Source: Piromyces finnis finn
Taxonomy: Eukaryota > Fungi > Neocallimastigomycota
NCBI GenBank assembly: GCA_002104945.1
Contig: MCFH01000075.1
Coordinates: forward strand, 62,001-126,000
Direction: 5' to 3'
Length of the DNA: 64,000 nucleotides
Translations under genes and position numbers: made by a program
Part shown: in pieces, positions 1 through 20,479 of the stretch
How positions within the stretch are numbered: position 1 is the first letter of the stretch
How the letters are laid out: every line of letters starts with the position of its first letter
The notes under the pieces: generated by a model
Told to the model about the DNA's origin: nothing
Seen by the model: the letters and a program-made list of their open reading frames with translations, nothing else
Databases searched by the model: none

Positions 1-69
1 AAATAAACACAACTGTAATGGTGTCAATTTACCAAGTTTGAATAATTTATTGACTACTTTGCTATTCAT
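1..69 (-). CDS. Possible N-terminus of a gene running off the left edge (MNSKVVNKLFKLGKLTPLQLCLF...)
   Basis: ATG at 69-67 after an A-rich leader, open frame to the window edge, higher GC than flanks; only 23 codons visible. Confidence 0.3.
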   Translation of the reverse strand, partial: MNSKVVNKLFKLGKLTPLQLCLF

Positions 70-3000
70 TCATTTATTTAATATTATATTTATTTAATAT
101 TATAATTTTTTATTCATTTATTATTTCAAAGAGTAAATTATTTAATAAACTTTTTAGTTTTAAATTAAAAAAGAAAAGAATAATAAAAAAAGAATCTAAT
201 ATTTTGTAATATAAATTAAATTGAATATAATATATATTATAATATATTGTGTAATACAAAAATAATATATGAACCATGAATTTTTCTATTAAAAAGAATT
301 AATAAACGAATGAATAAATAATATATTAAATAAATAAATGAATGATAAAATTTTTAAAGGAGAAAAAAATGTAGAATTGAAAAAACTTTTTACTATTGTT
401 TCTAGGTAGAAATAACAAATAATAATTCACTATTAGTATCAAAGGCCAAAATACACAAAGCCTCCATTGGCTATAGGAATGAGGTGTAAAGGGCTACTTT
501 TTCTTATTATTATCACTAATTAATCTTGATAAGAGGCAATCCTACTTCATAATCCACCAATTTTCTTTAAACCTAATAATTACGATTATTATTTATACTC
601 ATCAAAATAATGTAAACAAAAATTGACTTTTTTTTTATCACTTACATATACCTCTCAATTATTTATTTTATTGAATAATGTATACATAATGTAACAAAAA
701 AGTCTTTAAATTCAATTGTATAAATTGTATACATGAAATAAATATATATTTAATAAATTAATCTTAAATAGAATTTTTAAAATCTAACCTTTTCAGTTTA
801 TTAGGTAAATAATATATGAATTATTAAGAATAGTGTTATCTATAATATGGAGTAAAAAGATAAAAATAAAAAAGAAACTGGAATTGTTGACTTCAATTCA
901 ACATTCTATTATTATTTTAATTAAATATTTAAACTTTTACAATAGGAAATGAAATGTTTTTATTATTAATAATTTATTCTTTAGTAATTAGAGAAATGAT
1001 TTAAAACTAGAGTATATTACGTATACAGTATGTATACAATAATATATTGATACTATTTTTATAAATTATTTATTTAAACTTATCATTAAAAATTTTAATT
1101 AAATTTTATAAAGTTATATTTTAATATATAAAATATTCATATATTAGAATATACATGCAATATATTATGGCTTATATGTAATTATTAATTGTAAAAAAAG
1201 AGGCTAAATAAATTATGAATGAAAAAAAAATTAATAAATGAAATTATATTTGAATTATATATTGTAGTATAATGTAATTATATTATTTTTAAAAATTAAT
1301 CTAAAAAATAATTTCATGGTAAAATAGTGTTAATGGTTACTAAAAGCCTAGCATGAAGAGTGGTTAAATTTAGTAAGACAAATTTTTATTATTTAGAAAG
1401 ACTATTGTTCTAGAGTTTTTTAAGCTTTTTTTTTTTTTAATTTTTTAAAATACTTTAAATTTAACAATATATTTAGGTACTATAACTACAACATACTACT
1501 ACAAAAGTTATTACTTTCGTAAATCTAAAAAGAAATATAAAATGATTTTATTTTATATATTTTTAACTCTCAAATACCAAATTTTTAATCTTTATACTCA
1601 TATCATTTACTTTCCTTTCTTTTTCTTTCTTTTTTTTAATTCTACACTATAATTACCCTAACAACATTAAAATAAAAAAAGAACTTCTCTTTTTAAACTT
1701 TTTTTAATTTTACTGTTTATTGTATATGAAAAAAATGTATATCTATATAAATAAACAAATACAAATATAATTCATAAATTTTAAATAAATGTATTTTATA
1801 TATATATTATTGTAAATGAATTTCTTTTTTTTTTTTTATTTAATTAAAAAAAAAAAAGTCTAGGCTCTTTAGATTTTTTTGTAAATGGAAAATATAGAGT
1901 TTGAATGGCACCTTAACACTATTAATCCTATAGATATAATAGAGAATCTTATAATGAATATTACAATTTATATAAATTAATGATAAGAAAATGAATATTT
2001 TTTCATTCATTCTTATTAAATATAATCATCATCACCATTAATAATAAATCAATTTAATGCACTGATAGAATAAATCAAGATTAAGATTCAATGAACTTTT
2101 TTTTTTTTTTAGTTTTATTAAAGTTTTTAATTTTCGTTAATAAAACGTTAATTTTCTTATTTCTTTTATTTTTTATTTTTTTTTAAAAAAATATTAATAA
2201 ATTTGATATACTGATATATATTTGTTTTTCCTTTTTTCTTATTTTAATTCTATAAATAAGAAACTTACTATATTATAAACTACAAATGAACAAATATTAT
2301 AAAAAAAAAGTGGTATTATTTTTAAGCTTTCAATGAATGATCCTTTTTTTATTTCTAAAGCACAATATATATATGAGTTCATTATCTATCTAATTTCTTT
2401 ATTATATAAATTATAATTCTTATATAACATTAACAATTGGAGATACTAATTGTGATAATAATGATACGCTTTATTATTACTATGATATTATGATCGTTAT
2501 TACTTTTATTATAACTATTATCTATTTTATTTCACTTTTTTTCTTTTTCAATTTTTTCATTTTTTTAATTCAAAAATTAAAGAAAAAAAAAATCTTAAAA
2601 TTTTAGCAAATTAAATTTTTAAATAATATATTATTAATATATTGTAATGTATTATGATTTATTTTATTATAGATAAAAATATTAAATATTAAATTTTAAT
2701 TAAAATTAAAGTTCAACCAAAAATTTTAATATGTCTTAATTTAGAAGGTGAATTAATTATTTTTTTTAAAAAAAAGTATAATCAAAAAGTAGATTTCTGA
2801 GGCTTTCGTAGGCTTTCGTATTTTATTTTAAAAAAAAAAGTTTTATATCCTTTTTTTTTTTTTTTGTTATTCATAAAAACAATAATTTGTTGGTTTTAAT
2901 AAGATAGTGATAATAAATTTTTTAAATGAATTTTGATATTTAAGCTTTTTTTTTAAAAAAAATAAACAATTATTATTTCATTCCATAGTTAATTTATTAA

Positions 3001-6000
3001 AAAAAAAAAGCATCTTTTTACTTATATATTTTACTATTTAAAATGAATAAAAGAATAATAATAATATTATTATATATTATTATTAGTTTAAGTATTTAAT
3101 TGTTTAATTTAAAGTTTTACATGTAAAAAGTTAATCAAAAATAACATAAAATATTCAATGATTAGTCATTCAATTCTGGTATGATAGTTTGAATATTTAA
3201 ATATAGTTTTAAAAAATTAAAATTGACCATGAAAAAATAGACATTCCGTTATGTTTATCTATCTATTAAAGTTTATATACTTTGGTTAGTCATTCAATAA
3301 TAAAGTATATATATTATATATTTTATATATATAATATATAATTTAATAATTTTAGATTTTTAAAATCTTAATATGCGTTTATTAATATGTTTTTTTTAAA
3401 AAAAAAAATAAAAATAAAAATAAAAACAAATATATTGTTAAATGTCCAAATAATTGTATTATAATAAAGATAAATTTGAGTAAAAGATTTCTATATTTAT
3501 GAAAAGGATTCATCTCATCTTTTAAATTAAAAAAAAAAAAAAAAAACATTTAAGCTATAGTTATTAATTAACATACCATCGTCTTCCTTTATAAATTCAT
3601 ATGAAAAATAAAAGATTTCTATAAAAAAAAAAAAAGATTCACTACCATAAATATAGTTATTCTTTAAATAAAAAAAAATTGTTTCTACTTTATAAAAGTT
3701 TATTACTATTAAATTTTATATTTCTTTTATTATTAAATAACTATTATAAATTTATTTAATTATTTATTAACATTGATTATTTTTTTTTATTTTAATTTTA
3801 TTTTAATAGTCAATATAAATACTTTCATCAATTCTTTCAAATATAAAGACTTCATATATTGAAAAAAAGGAATAATATTAAATAAAATAATATTTATATA
3901 TATAAGTAAATTGAAAAAAGAAAAAAAAAAAAACTGATGCATTGTTTTTTTTTTCTCAATATTTGTATATTAATTATTCACTTTATTTTTTTAAAAAATT
4001 TTTTTTCTTTGATATTAAAAAAATGAGGCAAAAAAAAAAAAAAAAAAAGCATTTAGTTTTTGTTTATTAATTTACATTATTATTATATTAAATGTTGTTA
4101 ATAAATATTTATATAATTTATTTCACTTTTTTTTATTTTATTAAAATCTATTTATAGTATCAACCGTTTTTCTTTTTAAACTTTTTTTTTACCTTTTTAT
4201 AATTAATGATAATTTTATTTTATTTTTTTTTATCAATAAAATGATTCATCAGGTTTTATCCTTTACTTACTTTATTATTTATACATTCATTTATTTTTAA
4301 CATTTAATTTATTTTAATATAAATATTAATACATTAATGTATTTATTAAATCTTTCCATCATTTTTGTTTACATTTTTGTAAACAATAAAATAAATAATA
4401 TATTATTTTAATTTAAATGTAATGTAATACAAAATGTAAATAATAAAAGGAAAATAGCTTTAATTATATTAAAAAGAAAAATTAAAATAATTCAACCCAT
4501 ATTAATTAATAATATATTTATTAAATAATATTAACAACAGAAATAAATAATAATAATAATAATAATAATAATTCATGCATTGAAAGGATTTCGTTTTATA
4601 TTTATTGGTTTGTTAATTGATATTGCATATATATGTAAAATACTATTAATTTCAAGCTATCGGTCTAACTACTTTAAATATTTAAACTATAAAAATAAAG
4701 TATAATACATAATACTCCATAAGAATTTTCTTATTACTAACTATTTATTCAGAGATAAAAAATTAATAATAATTATAAAAAAAGAGTATTGCTAATAATT
4801 AAAAAATAGTTTTATTATAAACTAAAAATGAATTCTTTAATAATTTAATCTTCCATATTTTAATATTAAGCAATAGCATTTCTAAAAGAAAAAAAGAAAA
4901 AAAATATTGGATCAAAAATCCTATTTGAAACTCGTTTTTTTTTTTTTTTTTTACAATAATAATAAATAATAAAAAGAATAATTATAATTAATTATAAATA
5001 ATATAATTTCAACTTTATCTAAAAACAAATCAGTAATATTATTTAATATATAAAAATGGCTTTAGTTATCCAGAAACTTTTTATTTGTTTTTTATGCTTT
5101 TGGTTTATTTCTAATAATATTAATTTTTAAATTTCAAAAGTTTTTAAAAATATATAGATCGTGTAACGTCACACTAATCTTTTTTTAAAATTATAAATAA
5201 TATCATATAATATTATTTTCTATTCAATCTGTATGTATATTAAATAATATTTTAAATATTTTAAAATACCTATATTAAATAGTAAATAGTATTTAATAAT
5301 TAATAATAATAATATTGAATGAAAATTCATTCATCTTAAATCGGTAAATGATATTAATGTTTTTTTTTTTTCAGGAAAAAATCTTCAAGCCTTCTATAGA
5401 TATAATATCTGGATTACATAAATATTTATATTAAATACATAGAATGATAGTTTTTTTTTTTTCCTTAATAATTTTTTAAGTTATAATATTTCAATATATT
5501 CCCATAAATAAATAAAAATAAAGGGTACATTATTTTAGATTCTTTTTTCTGTATAATACTTGCATATATATTTTTTCATTATAGAATAATAAAAGATTTA
5601 TTGAATGAATATGAATAGCTATTGTTATCTATCATCCTCTTTAGAGTAGTAAATAATGTGTATAATTATAATTAATATTATATAAATATTTTTTATCAAA
5701 AAAGAATTCTATTCTTTACATTTAATCTATTACTTTCTTATTTCGTCTTTTCTTCTACCTTTTTTTTTTTATTTTTATTCATTTCTATTATAGATATTCA
5801 TATAATAATATTTAGTTGGTTTTATCATTTATATATTATACATATAATATAAACATTTAACTTTTGGTATAAATAAGATGTTAATATTCAAAAGTTTATA
5901 TTTTTTTTTATAATTTTTAAAGGTTTAATAAAAATTTTACAGCTGATATAAAGCATATATATATTTATTTATTTATTTATTTATAGCATAATAATATAAG

Positions 6001-6359
6001 AAGCTTAATTTATTTGATTTTATTTATTTTTTTTTATTTATTTTTAAAAGTTTAAGGGTTTAGTTATTGAAAAGAATTTTTTTTTTTTCTTTGTAGTATA
6101 TAATTTTTTCTGTATTAATACTCTTCTATATATATATTATATTTCATTTTAAAATATTTTGTGAAACAAGCTATTGTAAAGATATTATCATTTTTCATAA
6201 ACAACAATTAATGATATTTACATTTTTAAATGTCTATGGTTAAAAAAATAATAGAAAATTGGATTGAGTAAATTATATTTACAAGTAATATTAAAGTAAA
6301 ATTGATTTATTATACATTATTAAAATTTTTTTTTGTAAAAATTCACAATAATATGCTAT

Positions 6360-8234
6360 CTATACTTCTTCTTTATTACCAACAACAACAATAGTATGTT
6401 TAGCTTTTGAATCACCAATATTATAGATAATTAATATTTTTGATCCAATGAAAATTATGTTAGTAATTAAAGTAATAATGATAATAAGAAGAATTGATAT
6501 GGTAAATAATGAAGTATTATCCACAGTTTTCATTACTAAAAAATAACATATTGTAAGCTAGATTTTCAAAACAATAAATTAAAAAGAAAATATAAAAAAA
6601 AAAAAAATCAATCGTTAATTTTATACAATTATTAATATAGTATATATATAGTACTAATTTATTAATATTATTAAAAATAATACTAACTTGGAACGCAGAT
6701 ATAATAGATATAATAAATATTTTTCTAGACTATAAAAAAGGAATTATAAAAAAAGGTTATTAATTATATTTTATTCATTCATAAAATTAAAGTATTTATA
6801 ACTTACATCATTGAATTCACCTGGAACTTAAAATATATATAATATATAAATAAAATAATTAGAAAAAAGAGCCGTTTTTTTTAATTATAATTATAATAAA
6901 ATAAAAAATATTTTAAGATATATATATTTACTGTTTCTTCCACGATACGAAATAGTAATTGATAAAAATAACAATAAATAATCAATTGAAAATATTATAT
7001 TTAATATATTTAGATTTCCGTAGGAACATGAGGAAACAGTGTAATAACCAACATTATCCAAATAGAGTTGATGTAATTCTATTCCTTTATTTTTAATTGT
7101 CCATAATGATAATAAAAAAAATTGAATTATTGACAAGAGAATGTAAACTAAATAACTTTTATTTTGAATATTTGATTTCATGGATAATCTTCGGTTAGAA
7201 TAAATGGATACAATAATTTCTGCTTTAATAGAATATGAACAAATATAACCTGTCATCTATTAATTTGGGGAAAAAAAATATAATAAAATTAATAAATAAT
7301 TATATACAAATATATTATATATTCAATGATAAAAATGTTGTTGTTGGATTTATTAATATTATCAATTTTTTATATTTATAATAATACTTACACTGATAAT
7401 AATAAGCCATATTCTAATAATACATTTATGTTTTTTTAATGGACCAATCCAAAATACCACTGAATATTCTAGTAAAATACTTGTAAATATAAATAAAAGT
7501 AAAAAATATATACCAGAAATGTATACACATCTATTTTTTCGATGTCTTTTTTTTTTAATTAATAGAATATAAATATATATATAAATTAAAATGTTTTTTT
7601 TTTTTTTTAATAAAAAAAAATATAAATAATAAATAGTTATAAAATTTTGATTCATTATAATAAAGAATAAATGTATAATTACATTAATGTTATGACGAAA
7701 ATAATTAATTCAATAAGAATGACAAATATTGAAAATAGATAGATGGCTAATCCTTTATAATTATTATTTGTTATATATTCACATTCAACGGTAGTTCCAT
7801 ACTTCCCAATTACATTACTATTGATTTTACAATTATTATATTTAATTTCTCTTTTATTATTTACTTCTTGACATTCTCCCAAAGTAAAATTAATTTCTTT
7901 AGTATAATCACAATCAGGAAATAAAGCATCATCAATAATATCACAAAATTCATCAAGAATTGCTTCGAGAGAATTTTCACTTGTTTCATTATGCTTGTAA
8001 TATAAATGTGCAAATAAAAGACTTATCGGTGATCTTTGCTGTAATTGATTAATTTCAGGACTTTTTTTTTTTTTTTGTTAATTTATTATTTGTTTTGGAT
8101 TATTTCATAATAAACCAGCAAAAAATAAAAAAACAAAGAAGATTATTTATATGTTTAAAAAAAATATAATTAAAGATTATTTAATTTAATAAAAAAAACA
8201 TTTTTTTCTATATTATTATTTATTCATTATTAAA

Positions 8235-8265
<31 letters not shown>

Positions 8266-11200
8266 GAATGGTACTTACAAATTATTATATGGAAACTTTT
8301 TATTATTTATATATATATTATTCATGATGATGATTAAATAATTAAAATATATTAAATATATAAATAATAAAGCTATATAAAAAAAAAGTCATTCATTTAT
8401 ATAATAATAATTTTTTTATACTTCAATAGGTTTGGCTGTTTTTAATGTTTCATCATAAATTCTACAAATTGTTTCTGATAATTGTTCTAAATTTTTATGA
8501 TCATATATATCTTTCATTGATTTTAAAATAATAGATTCACTTTCACTCACCGGTAATTCTATTTTATATTCATCATAATATGTAATATAACGATTTTTAA
8601 AATCAGGTTTTGAACTACACATAAAACTAGTATTATCTAATTCGTTATTATCTATTAAAAAGGTTTTATTAATAGAGGAATTAATTAAGATGCCTCTGTT
8701 AGAATTATCTGATTTTATATGTGTCAAATATAAAACATTTGTAGTATTATTATAAATATAATAATATGGAAAGGTTCCATTAGATTGTAATATGTTATTA
8801 CAAAATTCTTGTTTAGCTTCTACTGAACGATTTCTACATCTATATTTTTTTTTGGTTATTTGTTTATTTTATTAATAGATTTCATTGTTATTGTTAGCAT
8901 TATTGATATTTTTATTGATATTATTTCATTTTTATTGAATTTGTGATTCACAGTATAATAGTATTTTAGTTTTTGTTTATAGTTTGAAAGATTCATTATA
9001 CCATAGTAATTAAATTATTAAAGATATGTTAAAAAATAAAAAGCTATTTATTAATATCATGTATTAGTATATTCATATTATATAATAATTGATATAAAAA
9101 AATTTAAAACCATTCAATATATTGCATGTATGTATAAAAGATTGTATTATTACTTTGCACCATTAACATTTTCAAATGGCTTATAAATATATAAATATAA
9201 AAAATGAAAAAAAAAGCAATTAATTAATATTATTTACTATTTAGAAAAAGTAATATAATAATTGAATGAAAAATTAAAGAAAAAAAAAAGTTTTAATTTA
9301 CAGTAATGGATATGTTCAAATCTGAAAAGAATGGTAAATCATCATCAATAAAAATTTCAATTAATTCAAATGCCTCATCAGGATATTTTGATTTTTTCGT
9401 TATAACTGCACCTAATTTTATATTAATAAAATAATGAATAATAGATGACATAGCAATTTTTGTTTTAATTTGATTTTAAAAATATATCTATATATATATT
9501 GATAGATATATTTTTCTTTCCTATATAACATTATAAATTTTGAATTTACCTGTTCCTCCAAGATCTTTTTTTTTTTACATACATATGTATATATATATAT
9601 ATATATATAATAATAATAAAAAGTTTATATAAGACTACTAATATTCTAAAAATAATTTTATATTTATTTAATAATCATTTATCTACATGTTGATGTCCCC
9701 GGAACATACTATATTAATAAATATATATAATATAATAGCATTAATTATTTTTACAATAATACTTCATTCATATACTTTATAACTTTTTTTTAATTAAAAA
9801 AATAAAAAATAAAATTACAGAAAATTTCAAATTTGGATTAGCTGACTACAGAGACGTGAATATTGAATGTTGAATTATATTAACATTTATAAATATGAAA
9901 AAATAGATTTTTTTTTAAAAAATTTAATAGCCTTATAATATAAAATAAACATATCTATAACTCATACCAACATAAATAAACTGGTTAACATCATTCCAAC
10001 AAAATCATTAATGTTTTTTTTTCCCATTTCTAAAGCAACTATATCATCATCATATTTTATTATTGGTTGATCTTTTAGTGATTTCGGATATTCTTTTCTC
10101 TGCCATTCCTCAACATCCGTTTTATTTAACCACATTTCAATCTATAGTAATAAGGAAATAAAATTGTTTTTAAATAATTAATCTAAATTTTTTTTCTTAA
10201 AAAAAAAAAAAATAATAATTAGTAGTTTTCATCATTATTAAAATAATATTACATTATGATTCTCTAAAAGATGTTTTAGTCCTGCTAATTTTTCTGCATT
10301 TGCTTTTCCCCTTAATCCACATTTTTTCATATCATATTTTTCATCATCAATAAAAACGGGAACTTTTAAAGATTGGCATAAACTGACAAAAAACTTTAAA
10401 TCTTTTTTTTTCGGAAAATTGATAAATATATATATTAATAATTATTTATACTCAATACAAAAATAAGTTATTACTTATTTATGTATTACCTTCATTGTAA
10501 TTGTGAAGAACTTTAAAACCAGGTTGACCTGTACATTGATGTATTATATCAGCATATTCAAATGCTTTATCCCAAGTCCACTAATAATAAAAAAAATGAT
10601 ATTATTTTTTTTTACATTATTATTTTTATTTTTTTATTTTTATTATTGTTCTTATTATTATATAAAAATTTATTAGTTACAGTTTCTCTATAGTTCTCCC
10701 CCCTATAATAATAATTTAAAAAAAAAAAAAAAAGAAGATGATATGTAATATTATTTAGTTAAAATAAGAATAGATTTATATTACATATATTTTTGATAAT
10801 GCTTACCAATAATCACTTAGAGGCTTAATATCACATAATTAAAATATTATAATAAATATCGTTAATAAAAAAAAAAAAAGGAAGAAAAGATTAATGTATA
10901 ATTTTATTAATATGATTATTTACAGGTGGATAGTGTAGGTCATATCCTTTTTCTATGCATTTATCAAATGTAGTAATATTAAATTTAAAAATTCTAAAAT
11001 CAGCAGATAATGGCACGGCTAACCAACTGTTTCCATCATGATCTTAGTCAAAAGAAAAGTATATTTATTTGTTAGTTGATAAATAAAATTAAATTATTTT
11101 TTAAAATCTTTTTTTTTTTTTTTACAAAAAAAAAAAAAAAAAAACTTAAACTTACAATCATAATAGGAATATTTATTAACTAAACTTTCAAATGATTTCC

Positions 11201-12080
11201 CTGTTTTTATAAAATAATTTCTAAAATATTTATTTAAATCCAAAGTTTCGCCTCGGTAATATCTATAAGTCAGCTGAAAAAAAAAAAAAAAAAAGAAGAA
11301 TAAATAAAAATAATATATATATTTAAATTAGGATACATATATTTTTTATCCATAAAATAAAATTATTAAATTAATTTACTTGAGCAGTATCAAGTATAAT
11401 TATATCTGGACAGGGAATAGAGGGATCACCTTCATTCCGATCATTACATATTGTTTTATATGCATTATCATACCTATTATTTATAATTACAAAAATATTA
11501 ATTTTTAATATTAAAATGTTTAAATGAATTTAAAAAAAAAAAATTACCATCCAACGGAATCTACTCTTAAACAGAATGTATTTCCTTTTTCTTTTTGATT
11601 AGCATAAAATATCGGGAACGCATTTACATATATGGACGCTGAAAAGAACGATGCTACCACAGAAGTATTCCAAAATAATAATGTTTTTTTATCTTCATTA
11701 TTAATATCGTTTTCATTACATATTATAGCATATTTAATATCAGTTCTTTAGTTTTGTTTGTTTATTTGGTTGGTTTGTTTATATTTTATAAATGAATATT
11801 GATTTTATATTATTAGTATTTTATCAATATATATATTTGTATGAAATATAAAAGGCACATAAATGCATATACATATATATATTAATTCTTACAAAGTACG
11901 TAAATACAAATAATTTTCAAATCTTTTTATTTGTTTATCAAAAATTAAATTGTATGATTTTATATATTCATCTTTTTCATTGTACGTCTCCATAATATAT
12001 ATATCTTCAGTATAATCCTTACATTGACACTTTTGTATTATTATACAAATAAATAATACAATATAATAATAAAATAGCAT
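6360..12080 (-). CDS. Multi-exon non-canonical GPCR: signal peptide + extracellular solute-binding-protein (periplasmic binding protein II-like) domain + class C-like 7TM domain
   Basis: Exons read by hand: MLFYYYIVLFICIIIQKCQC signal peptide; CPDIIILDTAQ, WLAVPLSADFRIFKFN, WTWDKAFEYADII and LGAVITKKSKYPDEAFELIEIF (SBP-like); several hydrophobic TM exons; VPGEFND|SRKIFIIS resembling the class C xPxxFNE motif before TM6; last exon ends NKEEV* at 6362-6360. Exact splice sites of all exons not resolved. Confidence 0.8.
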
Positions 12081-12732
12081 GTTGCTTTTATAATATTTTA
12101 AGACAATTAAAAAACTATTATTATTCTTTTTATTTAACTTTATCACATTTTATCATTTTATCATAATTATCATAAAAAATATATATAAATAATTTTTGTA
12201 TATATAAATAATAGTTTTTTTTTTAATAAATTTTAAATTAGTTATTTATACTTTTTAAGCTTCTAATTGATAATAATATTGTTCTTCTTTCTTTTTTTTT
12301 TTTTTTTATTATTATATTTCATTGAACCACTCTTTTTTTTTTAAAGTTTAATTATACCAAAAAAAGAATTTAAAAATTTTAAAAATTTTGGATCATAAAG
12401 AATTAAAAACTAAAATAAATAAATAAAATACGTTTTTCATATAAAGAAATATTTCCTTTAAAGCAATATAATCTTACTAAACCAAAAAAAAAAAAGCAAA
12501 GAAAATATAAAAAGAAAGAAAAAAAAAAAAAATAACTTTAATTTTTTATTTAATAATCTTTATAAATATATTATGGATGATTAATTTTTTCATTTTTTCA
12601 TTGTATACACATAAAATAGTCACATAAAACATAATTTCACGTGATATGTTTGTAATTAAATCATGTTTTTTAAAAATATGACTTTTTAAACAAGAAAAAA
12701 AAAATAATTTTTTATTTTCAAATAGAAAAAAA

Positions 12733-17371
<4,639 letters not shown>

Positions 17372-17874
17372 AGACCATATAACATTTATATAATTTGACC
17401 TTTAATGTATATATGCAAATTACAGATAATAAAATAATAATTAAGTTTTAAAAAAAAAAAGACCAATATTTAACTCTTAAATTGCTTAATAATACTTTTA
17501 TCTTTTTATTACTTTTTTTTTATATATATATATTGATTTTTTATTTTTTTTTTTTTTTTTTTTATTTATTTATTTTTTTTTATTTATTTTAATTGATTTA
17601 TAGTTGACAATTTTTATAAAATAAAAAGAAAATTTTATATAAATTTTTAATTTTTTATAAAAAAACTTTTTTTTTTTTAAATTTTTTTCTTATATTATTT
17701 TGCTAATTTTATACATATAAATTAATGATTATTTATATATAAAAGTTTTCCCTTTTATAATAATTTATGTATTCTGTAAAATTTTTTTGTTTCTTGATTA
17801 TCTTCTTTAATTATTATTTCTTTTTTTTTTTTCTTTTTTTTTTTAATTAAATAATAATTAAAAAAAAAAGCTTC

Positions 17875-20440
17875 TTAGAGTTCATCCTTTGATGTTGCTT
17901 TAGAACCTTCGGTTTTAACTGTTTTTGTTGGCTTAGTTGACTTTGATGACTTAGTTGACTTGGTATTTTCTAAAGCTTCTTTTGGAAGTGATTTAGCGTT
18001 ACCAGATTGCTTAGTCTTTTCTTCTTCAGCCTTCTTCTTCTTAGCTTCCTTTTGTAAACGCTTTTCCTTACGTTTCTTTTCAGCAGCCTTTCTCTTACGA
18101 GCGCGTTCTAAAGCGGTATCACCATCTAAATCTTCCTCATCACTTGAGCTTTCTTCATCACTACTAATTTCATCATCAACATCGAATTTACTAATATCCA
18201 TAATGTTTAAGTAAACCTTAGATTTGTGGCTATTTTTAAATAGAAGAAAAAAGGGGGAACATTATTAATTTCGTTTTAAAATTCACAAATTAATTTGATT
18301 TTACAAATTTTAGGCATAATAAAAATTAAAATGATTTTAAAAAAAAAAAATAAAAAATTATTTTAATGTTAGTATTATTAAATTAATAAAATTACTAATA
18401 TATATACATATTTGTGTATATGTGTGTGTGTGTGTGTGTGTGCGAAATACATACGTTGAAGTATGGTGAATGAAATTGGCGATTTCTTGAAGACCACGAA
18501 CTGAATCTTGACCAAAAACAACAACACCTTTATTGTAACTTTCAATAGTAACATTTTGTGATCTGGCTTCTTCTTGCATTAATTCCTTATCAATAGCTTG
18601 GTAAAGAACAATAGTTGGATAATCTAATATAAATATATATTCAGAAAATTATATAAAAAAATTATTAATTGTTCACAAAAAAAAAAAAAATTAATATATA
18701 TATAAATGAAATTGTAAAAAAAAAAAAGATTCAATGTATAAAAATTTTACATTCAAGCTTATTCCATGGAGAGGCTTTTGGAATTTTTTGGTTGAAAGCA
18801 TCGAATTTAGCAATAGTAATGTTTTTACGTTGGTATAAGTATCTTGAACCAAGATATTCCCAAATTGGGAATAACTATTTATAATTATATTAATGAAATT
18901 AAAATAATTTATTAAGTATATTATTTAATTAAGAAATAAATAAAATGAATTTTTTAAAAATTTACATTAAAAAAACTTTATAATTTTATCTATATAATAT
19001 TTACCTTTTGAGAATATTTGCAGTGTGGTGAATAGTAAAGAACAGCAACATCACGGTCTTCATCTAAAACAATATCATTGTGAGTCTTAGTGTTAAGAGC
19101 AACAACATCGTTTTCATAGACACGACCCTTAATTGGTTCATCAATGATTTGTGGAATAACTTCATTACGGAAGTAAGCTTCACCAAATTGAACAAGATTA
19201 GATTGATTCATACGTTTTCCCTTTGGGAAGGTGTAGAAGAAATCTGGTTCCTTTGGATCAAAGATACCAAAGTTTAATGGCTTGTTAAGTCTGTTCTTAT
19301 CCTTTAAAACAGTTTTGGTAGCAACAAAGTATAAACGGTCACGGTATAACTTAGAAATGTGGTATAAATCATCCTTATGCTTTTCATATTGAATATCCTT
19401 TTCATAGAAGAAAATTGCTAATGGAATTTCAGTATCGTAATAAGTTTGTAAATTATCCTTAGTTAAAATATCAAGATTTGGAATACGGTGAATCTTTACA
19501 AATTCTTCAATATTTTCTTCTGAAAGTTTAGTGTTACGAGCAATAGCTTCATCATAATCCTTGTACATAACGATACCTGGAATTACAACTCCACCAACAG
19601 CTTCGGCAGCTTGCTTATCACCAGCAGCAGCAAAAATAAATTCATCAGCATGTTTATTAGCAAACTTTTCAAAAGTCTTGTAATCAACATCACCAATTCT
19701 GTTAAAGTAACCAATAAGTAACTTTTGGTCATCAGTTTTGAAAGAATTAATGAATTCAACAGCTTCATTTCCATGAATAATATTAATGAGAGCACGAGAT
19801 TTTCTATTTTATTATTGTATATAAAAAATGTATATATATTGTATTTAATATATTTTATTCTTCATTTACTTTAAAAAAAAAAAAAACATATAATATTATC
19901 AATAAATCTAAATCATAAAATTAATTTCGATAATTACTCAACAATGAAATTTGAAATATTTTCAACGGTTCTCTTTTCTAAAAATTCAGCCTTGAATTTA
20001 CCATCCTTGTAGAACTTTAAGGTTGGATATCTAGTAATACTTTCCTTTTGGCAAATATCTTGGTTTACACTACAATCAAGTTCAGCTACGACAACACGAA
20101 CATTCTTTTCTCTGACATCCTTAGCAGCATCCTTATATATTGGAGCTAAATCTAATTTAAATGAAAATTTTTATATTAATACATTGAATTTATAAAAAGA
20201 AAATAATAATAAATAAAAAACCTAATTAAATAATATAAATTTAATACCTATACAGTGTGGACAAGATGGACTAAAGAACTATTATATTGATATTTTAAAA
20301 TATATATAATATATTTAAATTAATAAATATTCCTTTATACAATTACTATTTCTATTCCTTCTTTTTTAATAATATTAATATTAGTAAGATATTAAAAATT
20401 TCACTAAATCATTTGTTTTTCCTTTTTATTATTATTCCTA

Positions 20441-20479
<39 letters not shown>

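Noticed and set aside
430-570. Slightly GC-richer island with a small hairpin (possible snoRNA or TE relic)
   Set aside because: No clear C/D or H/ACA boxes and no open or recognisable frame.
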